This document shows positions 27,475-28,069 of a stretch of DNA of 28,069 nt, in pieces. The stretch is from Saprospiraceae bacterium. Lineage in GTDB: Bacteria; Bacteroidota; Bacteroidia; Chitinophagales; Saprospiraceae. How positions within the stretch are numbered: the stretch's first letter is position 1; every line of letters starts with the position of its first letter. The notes below the pieces were generated by a model that worked only from the letters and a program-made list of their open reading frames with translations, was not told the DNA's origin and searched no databases. The position numbers and the translations under genes are program-made. Where the stretch lies: assembly GCA_020629615.1 (NCBI GenBank), contig JAHDCZ010000036.1, forward strand, positions 1 to 28,069. The letters are read 5' to 3'.

Positions 27475-28052
27475 CACACTATTTTTAAAAAATTCTTCAT
27501 CATTTGCTTACCATCTGGAGTCATAATGGATTCAGGATGAAATTGAACCGCATACACTTCATTCGACTTATGTCGAATACCCATAATCTCTTTCTCTGCA
27601 TCAACACAAATAACTTCTAAACAATCTGGCAAGGTCGCTTTATCAATTACCCAAGAATGATATCGACCAGCTTCAAACTCTTTACGAATACCTTTCAATA
27701 AATGATGTTCAATTTCTGTTTGATACATTGTGGTTTTGATCCCATGAAAAACTTTATTTAAATTTTTCAATTGAGCACCATACACTTCGGCTATGGCTTG
27801 TAAGCCCAAACAAACCCCAAATATCCGTTTTGAATCTCCGTATTTCGAAATTAATTCTTTAAGAAAACCCGCTTCATCAGGCAATCCAGGTCCAGGAGAA
27901 AGAATTATAAAATCATACTGATCTACCTCGTTTAAATCAATTTGATCATTTCGTATCACATCCAATGGATTATCTGTTAGAGCTTCCACCATATGAACTA
28001 AGTTATAGGTAAAGGAATCATAATTATCGAGTATTAAAATCTTTGGTTTCAT
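27474..28052 (-). CDS. trpG: Anthranilate synthase component II (glutamine amidotransferase, TrpG/PabA type)
   Basis: Class-I GATase motifs GVCLGLQ (catalytic Cys) and HSW...QFHPES. 192 aa. First gene of the visible trp cluster; trpE is expected just beyond the window. Confidence 0.85.
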   Translation of the reverse strand: MKPKILILDNYDSFTYNLVHMVEALTDNPLDVIRNDQIDLNEVDQYDFIILSPGPGLPDEAGFLKELISKYGDSKRIFGVCLGLQAIAEVYGAQLKNLNKVFHGIKTTMYQTEIEHHLLKGIRKEFEAGRYHSWVIDKATLPDCLEVICVDAEKEIMGIRHKSNEVYAVQFHPESIMTPDGKQMMKNFLKIV

Positions 28053-28069
28053 TCTATATCTTTTCTGCT

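Noticed and set aside
1-28069. CRISPR arrays, rRNA or tRNA genes, insertion sequences, integrases or transposases
   Set aside because: No regularly spaced repeats, no tRNA-like GTTCRANYC T-loop contexts and no transposase or integrase-like ORFs were seen. The window looks like stable core chromosome.

Overview
Low-GC (about 35-38%) chromosomal segment that reads as Bacteroidetes: promoters fit the TAnnTTTG -7 box, an ECF sigma factor is present, lipobox signal peptides are Bacteroidetes-style, and flotillin, NfeD and CcmBC-like genes occur. It is mostly core metabolism. On the minus strand sits a complete distal trp operon (trpG-trpD-trpC-trpF-trpB-trpA; trpE would lie beyond the 3' window edge). 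Also present are gdhA, alanine dehydrogenase, hemF, a transaldolase-type fructose-6-phosphate aldolase, an RluA pseudouridine synthase, an MqnA/MqnD-family futalosine-pathway gene, a LysM N-acetylmuramoyl-L-alanine amidase and a flotillin/NfeD pair. The less ordinary parts are listed here. (1) An ECF sigma factor sits with an unusual downstream partner that has a short cytoplasmic N-terminus, one transmembrane helix, an N/T/S-rich disordered linker and a C-terminal outer-membrane beta-barrel-like domain, and with an upstream lipoprotein. (2) A Cys-rich AbrB/SpoVT-like regulator is divergent from a translationally coupled vWA protein and a ChlI/MoxR-like AAA+ protein whose Walker B reads NE instead of DE. 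(3) An orphan CcmB, an N-terminally extended CcmC and a CcmD-like gene set has no CcmA, E, F or H nearby and overlaps gdhA. (4) A GC-rich island in an AT-rich intergenic region may be a structured RNA and is weakly SRP-like. (5) Two families of repeated hairpin-terminated intergenic units look like small-RNA paralogs: a 21-nt box plus terminator, twice, upstream of ald, and a roughly 140-nt element duplicated between nfeD and trpA with compensatory stem changes. No CRISPR arrays, rRNA or tRNA genes or mobile elements were seen. All calls come from reading motifs in the supplied translations and sequence; no database search was possible.
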